A stretch of 64,000 bases of DNA from an uncultured cyanobacterium (lineage in GTDB: Bacteria; Cyanobacteriota; Cyanobacteriia; Cyanobacteriales; Cyanobacteriaceae). Under the pieces are notes generated by a model. The model was not told where the DNA came from and searched no databases. It worked only from the letters and a program-made list of their open reading frames with translations. Location: contig CAVVOP010000008.1 in NCBI GenBank assembly GCA_963749915.1, forward strand, positions 192,001-256,000, in the 5' to 3' direction. Every line of letters starts with the position of its first letter. Within the stretch, counting starts at the first letter, position 1. Of this stretch, positions 62,122-64,000 are shown in pieces. The translations under genes and the position numbers were made by a program.

Positions 62122-63720
62122 TTAAAACATGGATTGTAATTCATTAAAAACATGATCAAATTTTCGAGTGGATTGCTCTAAGGCTTCTAAATGAGGGCGA
62201 ATGTGGTTCAGCTGTTCTTGAATTGGATGTAATATCTGTTCTAAAAGACTAATCTCCGTTTGAGTTTTAATAACATCTTGATAAGATTGTAGCCAATGCT
62301 CCTGTTCTTGTTCAAGTTGAACCTGTTGTTGCTCACATTTTTGTTTTTCATGGGCAATAGTCTGTTTAACTTCAGTATGATCATGACGCAAAGCATTAAT
62401 TTCTTCATGAAGTTTATCTCGTTGTTGTGCCAAGAGACTTAGTGTCGTTTCAATTTCACCTAAAACAGGACGAAGATTAATAGTATCGGCAAAATCAAGA
62501 TCGATAATCCCCTTACGACGACTAAAAATTCTTAGATGTTGATTGAGCATTTTTTGCTGTCTTTTGAGATTAACTCTTTGTCCTACCAATGTTTTGTTTA
62601 ACATTTTCATCGCTTCTTGAGCATCGGCTAATTCCGTTTCTAAACTAAATTTCTCAACTTCACTAGCTTGATTGATTTTTTCCTGAAGTTGTTTAACTTC
62701 ATCGCTTTGTAAAGTTAATTCTTCTTCTTGTAAATTCACAAAATCAACCAGTTTAGAAGTTTCTTGCTGAAGATCATTAACATTTTTCTCTAAATCTCCT
62801 AAAGACATAATCTCTAGGGCCTGAAAATCAATTTCGATATCATCGCTGTCATCCGCTAAAGAGGAAATTTCTTGATCCAGGCGAGTAAAACTTTCTAAAT
62901 ATATATTCAAGTTCCTGAGGGACTCTTCTTTTTGCTGTAATATTATCTCATCACACTGAAAATCTAAGACGAGTTTTTGTAAGTTCTTTTCTAAAGATTG
63001 TGATTCTTGACGGCGTTGTTCAAGATCATGTTTTTTCCCTTCTAATTCTTGTTGTTTTTGTTCTAAAATAGTCTTTTGGGATTCTAATAGTCGCCAGTAG
63101 TTCTGTAAAACACTTTGCTGAGTATTGACACCAGAAAAAGCCTGATGCAAATTTTCGAGACTAAAAGCATCATCTCTTACCCCGGCTAATAAATTTTGTA
63201 ATTGACTTTGAATTTCCCCTTGGGTACTCTTATTTTCACTCAGTTTCTGTTGTTGTAATCTTAATTGTTCCCATGCCCCATTGAGTTTATTTTTCTCTTC
63301 TTCTAACTCAATTGATTTTTCCTGTTGCTTTTGTAATATTTGCTGCTGTTGATCTAACTCCGCTTGTCTTCGTCCAATTTCTTCTCCTTGTATTCTCAAA
63401 GAAGTTTTCCACTCCTCGATCTCCTCCTCTTGAAATTTAGCTTTTTCAAGGATCCGAGAAAAATGACGTAAATAATTGACCACACGAGCTCCAGCTAACT
63501 CGGGAACTCCTTGAATTTGTTTATTCTTATCTAAATTGACGATATAAAGAGTGCCCTTCACATTTTGATCTGAGACAGTATCCGTAGTAATAACCTCTTC
63601 TCCTGTCACAGTATTCCATGTTTGATCAACTCCTTGAGAAGCTAATAGTTTTAGCTCGGTTTTGTAAGAACCTGTGACAAACGTTCTATTTTGACTTTTT
63701 ACTTCTGCCAGATATAACAC
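62122..63720 (-). CDS. hmpF: Pilus motility/taxis coiled-coil protein HmpF
   Basis: MLYLAEV, LKLLA.Q, EEEIEEWK.SL, FVNLQEEEL, TLVGQR, long coiled coil. Confidence 0.85.
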   Translation of the reverse strand: MLYLAEVKSQNRTFVTGSYKTELKLLASQGVDQTWNTVTGEEVITTDTVSDQNVKGTLYIVNLDKNKQIQGVPELAGARVVNYLRHFSRILEKAKFQEEEIEEWKTSLRIQGEEIGRRQAELDQQQQILQKQQEKSIELEEEKNKLNGAWEQLRLQQQKLSENKSTQGEIQSQLQNLLAGVRDDAFSLENLHQAFSGVNTQQSVLQNYWRLLESQKTILEQKQQELEGKKHDLEQRRQESQSLEKNLQKLVLDFQCDEIILQQKEESLRNLNIYLESFTRLDQEISSLADDSDDIEIDFQALEIMSLGDLEKNVNDLQQETSKLVDFVNLQEEELTLQSDEVKQLQEKINQASEVEKFSLETELADAQEAMKMLNKTLVGQRVNLKRQQKMLNQHLRIFSRRKGIIDLDFADTINLRPVLGEIETTLSLLAQQRDKLHEEINALRHDHTEVKQTIAHEKQKCEQQQVQLEQEQEHWLQSYQDVIKTQTEISLLEQILHPIQEQLNHIRPHLEALEQSTRKFDHVFNELQSMF

Positions 63721-64000
63721 AAATCTTGATTCCTTTATAGTTAATCTTTAAAAACTACCCACTCTGATGATAAATGATAATCCCTTTACTCTAATAAATA
63801 AATGATAATCCTTAACAGCATTATCCTGCCACCAAAATAACTATGAGGATTATTTTAACCTTTTTTCCCGAAACGCCATATCCTAATTTATTAAGGATTT
63901 TAGCTGAATTTCTGTGGCACAATTAAAAACTACAGAAAAAACTATAATTTTTGAGCCAAAAAACAATCAAAAAATGGAACAAAACAATCAATCTCAATAT

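Noticed and set aside
63974..64000. ATG-initiated frame MEQNNQSQY at the window edge
   Set aside because: Only nine codons are visible, so it cannot be assigned.

Overview
AT-rich cyanobacterial chromosome segment: many HIP1 octamers (GCGATCGC) and nblA, zds, cruF and hmpF genes; Cyanobacterium/Geminocystis-like by inference. It has two parts. (1) About 1-28.3 kb is an accessory region. It begins with an AGE-family epimerase (truncated at the window edge, missed by the ORF track), a DJ-1/PfpI protein, an SLH-porin, a CDF transporter and DoxX. These are followed by an operon of EthD-domain fusion proteins around a CMD/AhpD protein; the largest is about 1000 aa (EthD-EthD-VOC-SRPBCC-SnoaL-SnoaL). 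Next come an acidic cupin and an acidic multicopper oxidase that share a triple-repeat C-terminal tail and 3' flank, a MinD/ParA-like ATPase, and two filamentous-haemagglutinin (TpsA-like) genes with near-identical 3' ends and 3' flanks that bracket an ABM protein and a carotenoid-oxygenase-family enzyme. The region ends in mobile-element debris: a decayed IS701-like transposase, two MITE-like elements and an HNH gene pair. (2) About 28.4-64 kb is mostly housekeeping: an ArsR/Tll0287-like unit, suhB, tgt, cobS, folP, tpiA, moaD-thrC, zds, a cellulose-synthase-like GT2, an RR-PAS-GAF-SpoIIE phosphatase, cruF, an RRM protein, rsmI, aat, speB, ruvC and hmpF. Read directly from the sequence but absent from the ORF track: the AGE epimerase, nblA, a 36-aa single-TM ORF, a Yfr2-like ncRNA with a near-consensus promoter, a REP doublet, an Rrf2/IscR-like operator before thrC-moaD, and a possible frameshift at the start of a GT39 gene. 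The best candidate for an undescribed system is the 1-26 kb locus: many cyclase/oxygenase-type folds with no PKS/NRPS core, coupled to exported enzymes built from swappable head and tail modules. All family calls come from motif recognition by eye; no searches were run.
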